Shown piece after piece: positions 17,428 to 26,918 of a stretch of DNA of 64,000 nt. The stretch is taken from sequence record MK047718.1. One strand, written 5' to 3'. The notes beneath the pieces were generated by a model, which was not told where the DNA came from, searched no databases, and saw nothing but the letters and a program-made list of their open reading frames with translations. Each line of letters starts with the position of its first letter. Position 1 is the first letter of the stretch. The translations under genes were made by a program, and so were the position numbers. Source of the DNA: Escherichia phage p000y.

Positions 17428-18174
17428 ATGTTATCAAATAATAAAATTAACAAAATCAATCGTCGTCTTGACCACACCAGAGCTTCTGCGAAGAGACGCT
17501 CTAAGGATTTTAACTTAGACTTTAATTACCTTAAAAACATTCTTGATCAAAAGGTCTGCGCTTACTCAGGCGAATCTTTCAATAACTCTGTTGAAGGTGA
17601 GAAATTATCCTTAGAACGTTTTAATAACGATATCGGCTACATTAAAGGTAATGTTATCCCAGTTAAGAAAAAATATAACACGGCTCGTTCTGATTTAACA
17701 TTAGAAGAACTTATTGAGAAACGTGACGCTGTTGCAAGACGTATTGCTAATCCTTCTGCCCGTAAAGTAGAGAAACTTAATCTCGACGAGAAGAAATGGG
17801 CCCAAATTAAAAAGGTTTATGATACTATTTTAAAAATACGAGCAAAACGTGAAAATCGTGTTAAGCATATGGCGAACATGATGAAAAATCAACCTTTATC
17901 TAACGAATCTAAACTTAGAATTGTTGCTTTGAAAGCACGCATTAATGGCTCACATCAAGCAGAAGGCCATGAACTTACTAAACTCAACGTTCTTCTTAAA
18001 GGCTCTGACTGGAAAACTAAAACTAAATTAACTGACGCTGAATCGCTTTTCGATACATATGATAAAGTTATCCAAGGTCTGCAACGTTTTGAAAAGATTG
18101 GTTTCATTGGTAAATTAAAATTGAAACGTGGCTTACCACTTAGCGCATCATTATTCCAACTGATTAAAGGTTAA
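17428..18174 (+). CDS. Hypothetical protein (248 aa), in the position of T4 srd; N-terminal region resembles a degenerate HNH-like motif
   Basis: CAYSGESF...LSLERFNNDIGYIKGNVIPV; lies between modB and dda.1 as srd does in T4. Confidence 0.4.
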   Translation: MLSNNKINKINRRLDHTRASAKRRSKDFNLDFNYLKNILDQKVCAYSGESFNNSVEGEKLSLERFNNDIGYIKGNVIPVKKKYNTARSDLTLEELIEKRDAVARRIANPSARKVEKLNLDEKKWAQIKKVYDTILKIRAKRENRVKHMANMMKNQPLSNESKLRIVALKARINGSHQAEGHELTKLNVLLKGSDWKTKTKLTDAESLFDTYDKVIQGLQRFEKIGFIGKLKLKRGLPLSASLFQLIKG

Positions 18175-18176
18175 TT

Positions 18177-18488
18177 ATGGTTTATGTATATGCAATAGTT
18201 TATCGAGATATGGAAGGATTTACTGTCCCGGTTCCACTTGATGAGCATCGTCCTGCAGTATTTTTTAGAAAGGATATTGCAGATAAAGTTTTCGATACTT
18301 TGAAAACACAGTATAAAACAGATTTAAAAATGGGAGTTCTAAGAATGGTCGAAACTCCGCGTAAGTTTTGGTTTAATAAGCTTGAAATGAAACACGTTAA
18401 ACTAGATGCGGAGACGCAAAGATTGTATCAACGAATTCTGGACACAGGCCGTATTGTTAGTATTCCAATTGCAGGGACTTTACGATGA
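18177..18488 (+). CDS. Hypothetical protein (103 aa), dda.1 position
   Basis: Tightly packed upstream of dda; ATGA overlap at its 3' end. Confidence 0.5.
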   Translation: MVYVYAIVYRDMEGFTVPVPLDEHRPAVFFRKDIADKVFDTLKTQYKTDLKMGVLRMVETPRKFWFNKLEMKHVKLDAETQRLYQRILDTGRIVSIPIAGTLR

Positions 18489-19798
18489 CATTTGATGATT
18501 TGACTGAAGGTCAGAAAAACGCCTTCAACGTTGTTATGAACGCTATTAAAGAAAAGAAACATCACGTAACTATTAATGGGCCCGCTGGTACAGGTAAAAC
18601 AACCCTTACTAGATTCATCGTTGAAGCTCTTATTTCTGCCGGAGAATCAGGTATTATTTTAGCAGCCCCTACACATGCTGCTAAAAAGGTTCTAAGCAAA
18701 CTTGCTGGTCAAGAAGCATCGACTATTCATAGCATTCTTAAAATCAACCCAACTACATACGAAGAAAACGTATTGTTTGAACAGAAAAAGGTTCCCGACT
18801 TAGCCTTGTGTCGTGTACTGTTATTTGATGAAGCGTCAATGTGCGACCGTTCTCTGTTTAAAATAATGTTAGCTAGTATCCCTAAATGGTGTACAGTAAT
18901 TGGAATCGGCGACCGATGCCAGATTCGTCCGGTAGACCCAGGCGAATCAACTGCGTATCTAAGTCCTTTCTTCACTCACAAAGACTTCGTGCAATGCAAC
19001 CTTACAGAAGTTAAACGTAGCAATGCACCAATTATTGATGTTGCGACTGATATTCGTAATGGCAAATGGATTTACGATAAAGTAGTTGATGGACACGGTG
19101 TTCATGGATATACAGACCTTAAATCCTATATGATGAACTATTTTAACGTCGTTAAAACTCCTGAAGACCTTTTCGAAAATCGAATGATGGCATTCACAAA
19201 TAAGTCGGTGGACAAGTTGAATTCAATTATTCGCCGAAAACTTCTTGAAACAGAAAAACCGTTTATTAAAGACGAAGTCATTGTTCTACAAGAGCCATTT
19301 ACTAAGACATATAAACTAGATGGCAAAAATATGACCGAAATGCTTTTCAATAACGGGCAATTCGTTCGTATTCGAGATGCTGTAGAAACGTCTACATTCG
19401 TTAAAGCACGTGGTGTTTCAGGCGAATATATGATACGATACTGGAATCTTACAGTAGAAACATATGGGGATGATGAAGAATACATCCGCGAAGATATAAA
19501 GGTTATTTCTTCTGAAGAAGAGCTTTATAAATTCAATTTGTTTTTGGCTAAGACCGCAGAAACATACAAATTCTGGAATAAAGGCGGTAAAGCTCCATGG
19601 AGCGAATTCTGGGATGCTAAACGTATGTTCACTAAGGTGAAGGCACTACCAGTATCAACCTTCCATAAGGCCCAGGGCATGTCCGTCAATACAGCCTTTG
19701 TTTATACTCCGTGTATCCATTACGCTGATTCAGAATTAGCTAAACAGTTATTGTATGTCGGCACAACTCGTGGTCGTTTTGACGTCCATTTTATTTGA
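18485..19798 (+). CDS. dda: Dda DNA helicase (SF1)
   Basis: 437 aa; Walker A GPAGTGKTT, DEASM motif; length and position match T4 Dda. Confidence 0.9.
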   Translation: MTFDDLTEGQKNAFNVVMNAIKEKKHHVTINGPAGTGKTTLTRFIVEALISAGESGIILAAPTHAAKKVLSKLAGQEASTIHSILKINPTTYEENVLFEQKKVPDLALCRVLLFDEASMCDRSLFKIMLASIPKWCTVIGIGDRCQIRPVDPGESTAYLSPFFTHKDFVQCNLTEVKRSNAPIIDVATDIRNGKWIYDKVVDGHGVHGYTDLKSYMMNYFNVVKTPEDLFENRMMAFTNKSVDKLNSIIRRKLLETEKPFIKDEVIVLQEPFTKTYKLDGKNMTEMLFNNGQFVRIRDAVETSTFVKARGVSGEYMIRYWNLTVETYGDDEEYIREDIKVISSEEELYKFNLFLAKTAETYKFWNKGGKAPWSEFWDAKRMFTKVKALPVSTFHKAQGMSVNTAFVYTPCIHYADSELAKQLLYVGTTRGRFDVHFI

Positions 19799-19807
19799 GA
19801 GAAAATT

Positions 19808-20485
19808 ATGAGCACTGATGTTATTATAGATTTTGAAACATTCGGCAATACATCAAAAGCGGCTGTTATTGACCTTGCGGTTATTGCATATAATTCCGAC
19901 CCTGAAGTTGTTGAATCATTTGAAGAACTTGTTCAACGAGGTAAGCGAATTAAATTTAATTTAGCTTCTCAGAAAGGGAAGCGAGTTTTCGCTAAATCCA
20001 CTATGAAATGGTGGAAAGAACAATCAGCAGAAGCACGTAAAAACCTGGCTCCGTCTGAAGACGATGTCACTACGCTTGAAGGTATTAAAATCTTTTTAGA
20101 TTATTGTCGAGCTAATAAAGTTGACCAATGGAAATCACAGATGTGGTGCCGTGGTATGAGCTTTGACTTCCCGATCTTGGTCGATTTGATTCGTGATCTC
20201 TATCGTGATGAAGGTGTTCTTGAACCAGATATTGATACTGATAAATTAGAACCTGTTAAATTCTGGGCTCAACGTGATATTCGTACGGCAATCGAAGCTT
20301 ACTCGTTGACACGAGGATTAAGTATGTGTCCATTACCGATGGGTACGCTAAAAGGATTCGTTGCCCATGATAGTATTCACGATTGTGCTAAAGATATTTT
20401 GATGTTAAAATATGCTCAGCGTTATGCGCTTGGCCTTGAAGATGTCCCTGAGAATCCTGACCCGTTAAGTGTAAAACAGCGATAA
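19808..20485 (+). CDS. dexA: DexA exonuclease A (DnaQ-like 3'-5' exonuclease)
   Basis: 225 aa; N-terminal IIDFETFG exonuclease motif; follows dda as in T4. Confidence 0.8.
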   Translation: MSTDVIIDFETFGNTSKAAVIDLAVIAYNSDPEVVESFEELVQRGKRIKFNLASQKGKRVFAKSTMKWWKEQSAEARKNLAPSEDDVTTLEGIKIFLDYCRANKVDQWKSQMWCRGMSFDFPILVDLIRDLYRDEGVLEPDIDTDKLEPVKFWAQRDIRTAIEAYSLTRGLSMCPLPMGTLKGFVAHDSIHDCAKDILMLKYAQRYALGLEDVPENPDPLSVKQR

Positions 20486-20490
20486 AACCA

Positions 20491-20520
20491 GTTTACAACC
20501 AAGGATGGTTGGAGTATAAT
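20491..20520 (+). promoter_or_regulatory. T4-type early promoter with spacer hairpin AACCA-AGGA-TGGTT
   Basis: GTTTAC, 18-nt spacer, TATAAT. Confidence 0.55.
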
Positions 20521-20550
20521 CTTTCTATCTTAACCAAACAGGAAAACATT

Positions 20551-21045
20551 ATGAATATCAATACCACGGCTACTTACATCCTGAAAGATGAAAAACAAAT
20601 CAACTGGTACGGTGCTTCAGTGCGAGCTTATGAAAAGTTTTGTGAAATTTTAGGTGCCACTCAAGGTAATAGTTTCACTATTGTTAACTTCATCAAACAA
20701 GTTGAAGGCCCTTGGTTATTCTTAGAAATTAAAAATTCATATGGTATAATTTCTACTACCGCCCTTCCAAGCACCGACTTTGAACTGTTGATTGAAGAAG
20801 TAGAACCCGTTAAAGATATCTGTATTGATATGGATATCGCTTGTATGTACGGTACTCTGATTAAGCCTATTGAGCCTACTGATTTGTTGTGTAAATATGT
20901 TTCAATTCGACGCCCATTCGCTGGTCCAGTAAATGGATGGGTAACTGACCAATGGATTGAAGACGGTGTTGAACTTCTGAACGTTGTTCATGCAGGTGAT
21001 TTTAGTGTAGTTCCACGTAGTGCTGTGGTTAATATCCTTAATTAA
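20551..21045 (+). CDS. Hypothetical protein, paralog family member 1 (about 164 aa)
   Basis: ATG 20551 after an early promoter and RBS; shares the C-terminal motif DQWIEDGVELLNVVHAGDFSVVP with the next two ORFs. Confidence 0.5.
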   Translation: MNINTTATYILKDEKQINWYGASVRAYEKFCEILGATQGNSFTIVNFIKQVEGPWLFLEIKNSYGIISTTALPSTDFELLIEEVEPVKDICIDMDIACMYGTLIKPIEPTDLLCKYVSIRRPFAGPVNGWVTDQWIEDGVELLNVVHAGDFSVVPRSAVVNILN

Positions 21046-21107
21046 TGTTGTACATCCAAGGACGGATGGAGTATAATGAATTCAACTTAAACAAAGAGAG
21101 AGAAATT

Positions 21108-21563
21108 ATGATTACTATTGGTGAAATTAAGCGTGTATCGTCTGCATCTCGTTCTAAAGCTGCAGGTCGTCTAGTTGAAGTGGTAGGACTTCGTACTAAT
21201 GGTACTGGTCGTGTTAAAGAAGTTAAAGTTCGAATCATTCCTAGTTCTGGAAAAACTGAAACTCAGTACGCTTACGTAAGTCCTAAATTCTTGGAAACTC
21301 ATGTGAGCGCTCATTTTGCTTCTACTGAACCTAATGTACAGTTCAAATGGGCCTTGTGTAAAGGTGTTGAATTCCAGACTGATAAAGAATTTGACTTCAT
21401 CGATGAATACGGTTATCCAAGCAAAACTGATACTATGTGTGGCTTCATTAGTGACCAATGGGTTGAAGATGGTGAAAAGTTATACAATATCGTATTCTTA
21501 GGTGACTTCCGAGTTGTTAAAGAATCTGAAATCACTCGCTATGTGTCTCCTCGTAAAGCTTAA
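21108..21563 (+). CDS. Hypothetical protein, paralog family member 2 (about 151 aa)
   Basis: ATG 21108 after AGAGAGAGAA RBS; VSSASRSKAAGRLVEV and DQWVEDGEKLYNIVFLGDF shared with neighbours. Confidence 0.5.
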   Translation: MITIGEIKRVSSASRSKAAGRLVEVVGLRTNGTGRVKEVKVRIIPSSGKTETQYAYVSPKFLETHVSAHFASTEPNVQFKWALCKGVEFQTDKEFDFIDEYGYPSKTDTMCGFISDQWVEDGEKLYNIVFLGDFRVVKESEITRYVSPRKA

Positions 21564-21572
21564 GGAATTATT

Positions 21573-21992
21573 ATGAATATTGTAAATCTCTCTACAGGTG
21601 ATTACGTATATGTATCTGTTGCTTCTCGCTCTAAAGTTGCCGGGAAGTTGGTTGAAGTTCTTTCTGTGAGTGATCCGGTTTTTGGTCGTAACCAAGTTAA
21701 AGTTCGTGATGCTAATGGTAATATTGGCTACATCTCAAGCCAGTTCATTGAGCCAGAAGAACGTGCGTTCAAATGGAAACTGTGCAGGTCAGTTTTAGTT
21801 GTAAAAGACCATGAATTTACTATTGCTGCCGCAACTGATGGGTCTCCATGGACAACGAATCAAGTCGCTGGTTTTATTTCAGACCAATGGGTTGAAGATG
21901 GTGTTAAGCTTTATAACATCGTTTTCGCCGGACAGTTCATGGTAGTTCCTGAATTCCAAATCAAAGGATATAGCCAAGCATCTTTTGCATAA
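21573..21992 (+). CDS. Hypothetical protein, paralog family member 3 (139 aa)
   Basis: VSVASRSKVAGKLVEV and DQWVEDGVKLYNIVFAGQF shared with the two upstream ORFs. Confidence 0.5.
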   Translation: MNIVNLSTGDYVYVSVASRSKVAGKLVEVLSVSDPVFGRNQVKVRDANGNIGYISSQFIEPEERAFKWKLCRSVLVVKDHEFTIAAATDGSPWTTNQVAGFISDQWVEDGVKLYNIVFAGQFMVVPEFQIKGYSQASFA

Positions 21993-22051
21993 AGTTGTTT
22001 ACTTCTCCTCCGGTTTTGATATTATAACCATATCAACCAGAGGAGAATAAT

Positions 22052-22576
22052 ATGTTAGTTTACCGCGTAGAACGTAGTTTTTGTACTCAACGTGAATCAT
22101 TACCAGGAATTGCTATCGAAGACGGTAAAGCCGTCAGAATTTGGGAAACCTCTTGGAATAAAGAACCTCGCTCGCCATACGGTTGGTCGGGCACCGACAA
22201 CTCTGAAGAAACATGGGAGTTCCTTGATAAGCATGGAATACTCTCAGGTAACTTCTACCATCACGGCGACAACTATAATGTCCCTAATCGTCCTACAGTA
22301 AATGAAGACAAACTCCTTGAACAAAATATCTTAAGATACCATAGAATTGAGTACACATTTGAATTGAGTGAAGATTGGGCTCAAGGGTTCTATTTTGGAT
22401 TTGAAAGCGTTGACGCGGTTTATGCATGGTTTGATGACCAGGTGGATGTTGAACTCTTGAAAGCTAAAGGATACTACATCGCGGTCTATGAAGCACCTGA
22501 TTTCATCCTCGGAAGTTGTCAATTAATGTTCAGACGTTCATTGGCAGAACAAGTTGATTTTATTTTGCTAAAATGA
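22052..22576 (+). CDS. Hypothetical protein (174 aa)
   Basis: Early promoter plus AGAGGAGAA RBS upstream. Confidence 0.5.
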   Translation: MLVYRVERSFCTQRESLPGIAIEDGKAVRIWETSWNKEPRSPYGWSGTDNSEETWEFLDKHGILSGNFYHHGDNYNVPNRPTVNEDKLLEQNILRYHRIEYTFELSEDWAQGFYFGFESVDAVYAWFDDQVDVELLKAKGYYIAVYEAPDFILGSCQLMFRRSLAEQVDFILLK

Positions 22577-22605
22577 TGTACAACAACTATGGTTTATGAT
22601 ACTAT
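22577..22605 (+). promoter_or_regulatory. T4-type early promoter
   Basis: TGTACA, 17-nt spacer, TACTAT; conserved downstream ...TATAGACCTATCAA motif. Confidence 0.45.
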
Positions 22606-22633
22606 AGACCTATCAAATCAAGAGGAGAATATT

Positions 22634-22861
22634 ATGAAATGTCAAATCATTAAAAACGTAACTACTGATTCAAACATCGATGAGTTTGAAGATGTTCTGT
22701 TTAATCCTGATTTAGTTGTTGTACAGAAAAACTGGACCGGATTTTTATGCTACACCGAAGTGGTTTACGTTTACGAAAAACTCGGCGATGAAATGCCTAT
22801 CTATGGTATCTTCCGTGAAATCACTGAAAACGGTACAACTTATTGGAAGGAAACTTACTAA
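22634..22861 (+). CDS. Hypothetical protein (75 aa)
   Basis: ATG 22634 after AGAGGAGAA RBS; the track N-terminal extension overlaps the promoter. Confidence 0.45.
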   Translation: MKCQIIKNVTTDSNIDEFEDVLFNPDLVVVQKNWTGFLCYTEVVYVYEKLGDEMPIYGIFREITENGTTYWKETY

Positions 22862-23271
22862 TGGCTAATAAATTCCGCGTTAACTCATGGTACCAATTTA
22901 AAGATAAACGTGCCCAAGAAGAGTTTATTAAGGACCACACCGATAATGGTATTTATGCACGACGTCTTGGCATGGAACCATTTAAAGTATTAGATGTTGA
23001 CCATCTTGGTCGTCCTACTAAAATTGTGACATCTACTGGCATGGTTGGATACGCGACAGGTGGTGATATCCTTGATGAAAACTTTATCTGGCTCTCCACG
23101 AATGAAGCAGAGTTTTTTGATGAAGTGGGAAATCCGTATCAAGCGTCCGAAGAGCAAGATTCTGGTGAACTTGACGAATTGTCTGAATTTCCGGTGATGA
23201 CAATTACTATCGAAAATAACGACCAGGCATGGTCTTTGTATCAAATGTTGAAAGCACATTTTAAGGAATAA
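22861..23271 (+). CDS. Hypothetical acidic protein (136 aa)
   Basis: TAATG overlap at 22861; track start 22843 is a TTG. Confidence 0.45.
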   Translation: MANKFRVNSWYQFKDKRAQEEFIKDHTDNGIYARRLGMEPFKVLDVDHLGRPTKIVTSTGMVGYATGGDILDENFIWLSTNEAEFFDEVGNPYQASEEQDSGELDELSEFPVMTITIENNDQAWSLYQMLKAHFKE

Positions 23272-23273
23272 TA

Positions 23274-23453
23274 ATGCCGTTATACGACTATAAATGCCAA
23301 TCTGAAGATTGCGGACATGAATATGAAAAAATTAAAAGGATTTCTGAACGAGAAAACGATGTTTGCCCTGAATGTCATCGTCTGTCTACTCGTCGGGTTT
23401 CTGCTCCTAAACATGTGAACGGTGGTTTTTACGACTTACTTAAGAAGGGTTAA
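23274..23453 (+). CDS. Zinc-ribbon protein (FmdB-like CxxC...CxxC, about 59 aa); below the ORF-track size cutoff
   Basis: Translation MPLYDYKCQSEDCGHEYEKIKRISERENDVCPECHRL...; coordinates are approximate to within 1-2 nt. Confidence 0.45.
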   Translation: MPLYDYKCQSEDCGHEYEKIKRISERENDVCPECHRLSTRRVSAPKHVNGGFYDLLKKG

Positions 23454-23455
23454 TT

Positions 23456-23878
23456 ATGGCTTTTAAAGGTTTTGAAGTTGGTAAGAAATATCGTATTATC
23501 AAAGGACAGGAAGATAATTTCTTGAGAATTCTTAATACGACTGGTAAACGTCTTAACACTACTCTGCATACAGTTTTATTATCAAGAGATTTTATTGTAG
23601 AAGAGATGATTGGTTATGGTGTTTCAATGATTGCCGCTGAAACCGATGGACCTGGACGTACAATCATTAGTATGCAAGGTGATATTCTGATTTATGGTGC
23701 AGAATTTAAATTCTTTGAAGAAGTTCCGGAACAAGATACAGCTGTCGATTTCAAAAAAGGCTCTATAGAATTTGTTGATGGTTCGGTGATCGTATCAGGC
23801 GATGTGGTCATTACAGTTAAAAGTGAACAAGGGCGTTTGGCTGCAATTGATGCACTTCAGAAAATTAAATTTAAATAA
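23456..23878 (+). CDS. Hypothetical protein (140 aa)
   Basis: ORF followed by a GGGCTTCGGCCC-TTTTT terminator. Confidence 0.5.
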   Translation: MAFKGFEVGKKYRIIKGQEDNFLRILNTTGKRLNTTLHTVLLSRDFIVEEMIGYGVSMIAAETDGPGRTIISMQGDILIYGAEFKFFEEVPEQDTAVDFKKGSIEFVDGSVIVSGDVVITVKSEQGRLAAIDALQKIKFK

Positions 23879-23895
23879 GGGCTTCGGCCCTTTTT
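23879..23895 (+). terminator. Intrinsic terminator upstream of the gene 39 middle promoter
   Basis: GGGC-TTCG-GCCC followed by T5. Confidence 0.65.
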
Positions 23896-23919
23896 GCTTT
23901 AGATTTCGGATGATAGAAT
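23893..23919 (+). promoter_or_regulatory. Candidate MotA-dependent middle promoter upstream of gene 39
   Basis: MotA box ttTGCTTtA followed by TAGAAT at the expected -10 distance. Confidence 0.4.
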
Positions 23920-23941
23920 ACCTTCATAACGAGGAGACAAC

Positions 23942-25759
23942 ATGATTAAAAATGAAATTAAGGTATTGTCAGATGTAGAACATATTAAGAAACGTAGTGG
24001 TATGTATATTGGTTCTTCTGCTAAAGAAGCACATGAGCGTTTTTTGTTTGGTAAATATCAACAAGTTGAATATGTTCCAGGTCTGGTTAAATTAATCGAT
24101 GAGATTATTGACAACTCGGTTGATGAAGCTATTCGTACATCATTTAAGTTTGCAAATAAAATTGATGTGCAAATTAAAAATAATCAAGTTTCGGTGGAAG
24201 ATAACGGACGTGGTATTCCTCAAGGTTTAGTTACCGACCAAACAGGTGAACAAATTCCTGGTCCTGTAGCAGCCTGGACTATTCCAAAGGCCGGTGGTAA
24301 CTTTGGTGATGACTCTGAACGCAAGACTGGTGGTATGAACGGCGTCGGGAGTAGTTTAACTAATATCTTCTCTACGTTGTTTACAGGCATCACGTCAGAT
24401 GGCGAAAATGAAATCACTGTTAACTGTTCAAACGGAATGGAAAACAAATCATGGTCTTCTAAGAAATCTAAAGGTAAAGGCACTAAAGTAATCTTCACTC
24501 CTGATTTCTCTTCATTTGAAGAGCATAATTTATCTCAAATTTATTTAGATATTACTTTAGACAGACTTCAAACATTGGCAGTCGTTTATCCTGATATCAA
24601 GTTCACATTTAATGGTAAAAAGGTTGATGGTAATTTTAAACGATTTGCTAAACAATTTGGTGAAGATAACATCATTCAAGAAAATGATAAAGTCTCTATA
24701 GCATTCACAACATCACCAGATGGCTTCCGTCATTTAACTTATGTGAATAACATCCATACTAAAAATGGTGGTCATCATGTTGAATGTGTAATGGATGATA
24801 TCTGCGAACATCTTTTGCCTGGTATTAAAAAGAAATATAAGGGTATTGAAGTCACTAAAGCTCGTGTTAAAGAATGCCTCACAATGTTGATGTTTATTAG
24901 AGACATGAGCAATATGCGTTTTGATTCTCAGACTAAAGAACGTTTAACGTCAACGTATGGTGATATTCGTAATCATATCCAATTAGATGCTAAGAAAATT
25001 GCTCAGGCACTTCTTAAAAACGAAGCCTTGATTATGCCTATTGTTGAAGCAGCATTAGCTCGTAAATTGGCGGCAGAAAAGGCTGCAGAAACTAAAGCAG
25101 CTAAAAAGGCAACTAAAGCTAAGGTTCATAAGCATATTAAAGCTAACCAATGTGGTAAAGACGCAGATACGACATTGTTCTTAACAGAAGGTGATTCTGC
25201 AATTGGTTATCTCATTGATGTTCGTGACCGTGAACTACACGGCGGATTCCCATTACGTGGTAAGGTGATGAATAGCTGGGGTATGTCATATGCGGATATG
25301 ATGAAGAACAAAGAGCTCTTTGATATCTGTGCTATCACAGGTCTTATTCTTGGTGAAAAGGCCGAGAATACGAACTATCGTAATATTGCAATTATGACTG
25401 ACGCAGATCACGACGGTCTTGGAAGTATCTATCCGGCTTTGCTTGCTTTCTTTAGTAATTGGCCTGAATTGTTTGAACAAGGACGTATTCGCTTTGTTAA
25501 AACACCTGTAATTATTGCACAAATTGGCAAAACTCAAAAATGGTTTTATACTGTAGCTGAGTATGAAGAAGTTAAAGATACACTGCCTAAGCATAGTATT
25601 CGATACATCAAGGGATTAGGCTCCCTTGAAAAGTCAGAGTATCGTGAAATGATTCAGAACCCTGTGTACGACGTAGTTAAACTTCCTGAAAATTGGAAAG
25701 AACTCTTTGAAATGTTGATGGGTGATGATTCAGAACTTCGTAAAGAATGGATGTCCTAA
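23942..25759 (+). CDS. 39: DNA topoisomerase II large subunit (GyrB-like), continuous 39/60 fusion
   Basis: 605 aa; GHKL ATPase motifs (IDEIIDNSVDEA, GGMNGVGSS), TOPRIM (LTEGDSA) and the C-terminal part corresponding to T4 gp60 in one uninterrupted frame. Confidence 0.9.
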   Translation: MIKNEIKVLSDVEHIKKRSGMYIGSSAKEAHERFLFGKYQQVEYVPGLVKLIDEIIDNSVDEAIRTSFKFANKIDVQIKNNQVSVEDNGRGIPQGLVTDQTGEQIPGPVAAWTIPKAGGNFGDDSERKTGGMNGVGSSLTNIFSTLFTGITSDGENEITVNCSNGMENKSWSSKKSKGKGTKVIFTPDFSSFEEHNLSQIYLDITLDRLQTLAVVYPDIKFTFNGKKVDGNFKRFAKQFGEDNIIQENDKVSIAFTTSPDGFRHLTYVNNIHTKNGGHHVECVMDDICEHLLPGIKKKYKGIEVTKARVKECLTMLMFIRDMSNMRFDSQTKERLTSTYGDIRNHIQLDAKKIAQALLKNEALIMPIVEAALARKLAAEKAAETKAAKKATKAKVHKHIKANQCGKDADTTLFLTEGDSAIGYLIDVRDRELHGGFPLRGKVMNSWGMSYADMMKNKELFDICAITGLILGEKAENTNYRNIAIMTDADHDGLGSIYPALLAFFSNWPELFEQGRIRFVKTPVIIAQIGKTQKWFYTVAEYEEVKDTLPKHSIRYIKGLGSLEKSEYREMIQNPVYDVVKLPENWKELFEMLMGDDSELRKEWMS

Positions 25760-25782
25760 GCTCCTTCGGGAGCTTCATTTTA
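25759..25782 (+). terminator. Hairpin terminator after gene 39
   Basis: AAGCTCC-TTCG-GGAGCTT followed by a T-rich tract. Confidence 0.5.
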
Positions 25783-25801
25783 ATTTTAATAAGGCTTAAT
25801 T

Positions 25802-26902
25802 ATGAAAGTTATGTTTATCCCATCTCGCGCAGTCCCATTTAACCCAGAACGTGTACAAGGTGGTCTTGAAGCAGTACATTTAAATGTGTTGAAATATTTA
25901 GTTTCTATCTGTGCTGATATTGATTATATCGGTTTTGATAATGACACATTTGGTGATTGGAAGGTTAATCATCATCCTGTTGGTCATCTGACAAAATTCA
26001 GTCTAGGTATGAGTTATACTATGGCTCGTAAGATTGTTGAACTAGCCGGCATCCATGAATACGATTTCGTTGTTACTATGGAACCGACTAAACTAACCGT
26101 TCAGGCAATTAAAGACGCAGGCCTCTCTAAAGTTCATAAGAATTTTATGGCAACACCATTTGAACCGGTATCTCGTGGCATTGTTCAAATTTGGGACCAG
26201 ACTATTCAAATTCATAAGAATGGTGGTAAGAGTTATGCTCCTACTAAAGCCTTCCGTGAATTTGAACGCAAATATTGTTATATGACTTCAGGTCTGACTG
26301 ACAAAATTGATTATGATTATTGGCGAGCAAATCCGTTGTTTGAAGCCGAAGATTATCCGGTTATTTGTTTGAATGAGAAACCTGAAGTTCTTCCGGCGAC
26401 GGATCTGATTATTAGTGCACAACGTTATGACACTAAAATGCGTCGTACTGATGTTGCTCTTGAAGCGATTAAAGCACTAGGCGAAAATGGTGCAGGATAC
26501 TGTCCTAGTAAATGGGCACCACCAGCTAAATATCCTGTTATTATTGATGCTCCACACAGTGAAATCATGGAACGCCTTAAAACAGCTAAAGCACTTATTA
26601 ATACGTGTCCTGACACAGGTACGGTAGAGAATAGTTCTATTGAAGCCATCTCTAAAGGTGTCCCTGTAATCCAGTTAGTTTTTAAGGATTATCCTCATGC
26701 GACATTTGAATACGACCCAGATACTGTGCGTGTAGAAATTGATTCCTCTACTCCTAAGAAAGAAGTAGTTGCGCTTTACACAAAAGCTGTATTAGAATTC
26801 ACTGACACATACGAAGCTCGAGTTAAACGTGCTGAAGCAGTATGGAAGAAGTATAACCGAGATGCAGTTGTTGCGATGTGGGATAAAATCTTCACAGCGT
26901 AA
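25802..26902 (+). CDS. GT-B fold glycosyltransferase (GT4-like), candidate DNA sugar transferase
   Basis: C-terminal DTGTVENSSIEAISKGVPVI resembles the GT-B EX7E / donor-binding segment; 366 aa; inserted between 39 and rIIA. Confidence 0.55.
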   Translation: MKVMFIPSRAVPFNPERVQGGLEAVHLNVLKYLVSICADIDYIGFDNDTFGDWKVNHHPVGHLTKFSLGMSYTMARKIVELAGIHEYDFVVTMEPTKLTVQAIKDAGLSKVHKNFMATPFEPVSRGIVQIWDQTIQIHKNGGKSYAPTKAFREFERKYCYMTSGLTDKIDYDYWRANPLFEAEDYPVICLNEKPEVLPATDLIISAQRYDTKMRRTDVALEAIKALGENGAGYCPSKWAPPAKYPVIIDAPHSEIMERLKTAKALINTCPDTGTVENSSIEAISKGVPVIQLVFKDYPHATFEYDPDTVRVEIDSSTPKKEVVALYTKAVLEFTDTYEARVKRAEAVWKKYNRDAVVAMWDKIFTA

Positions 26903-26918
26903 ATCCTGAATAGCCTGA

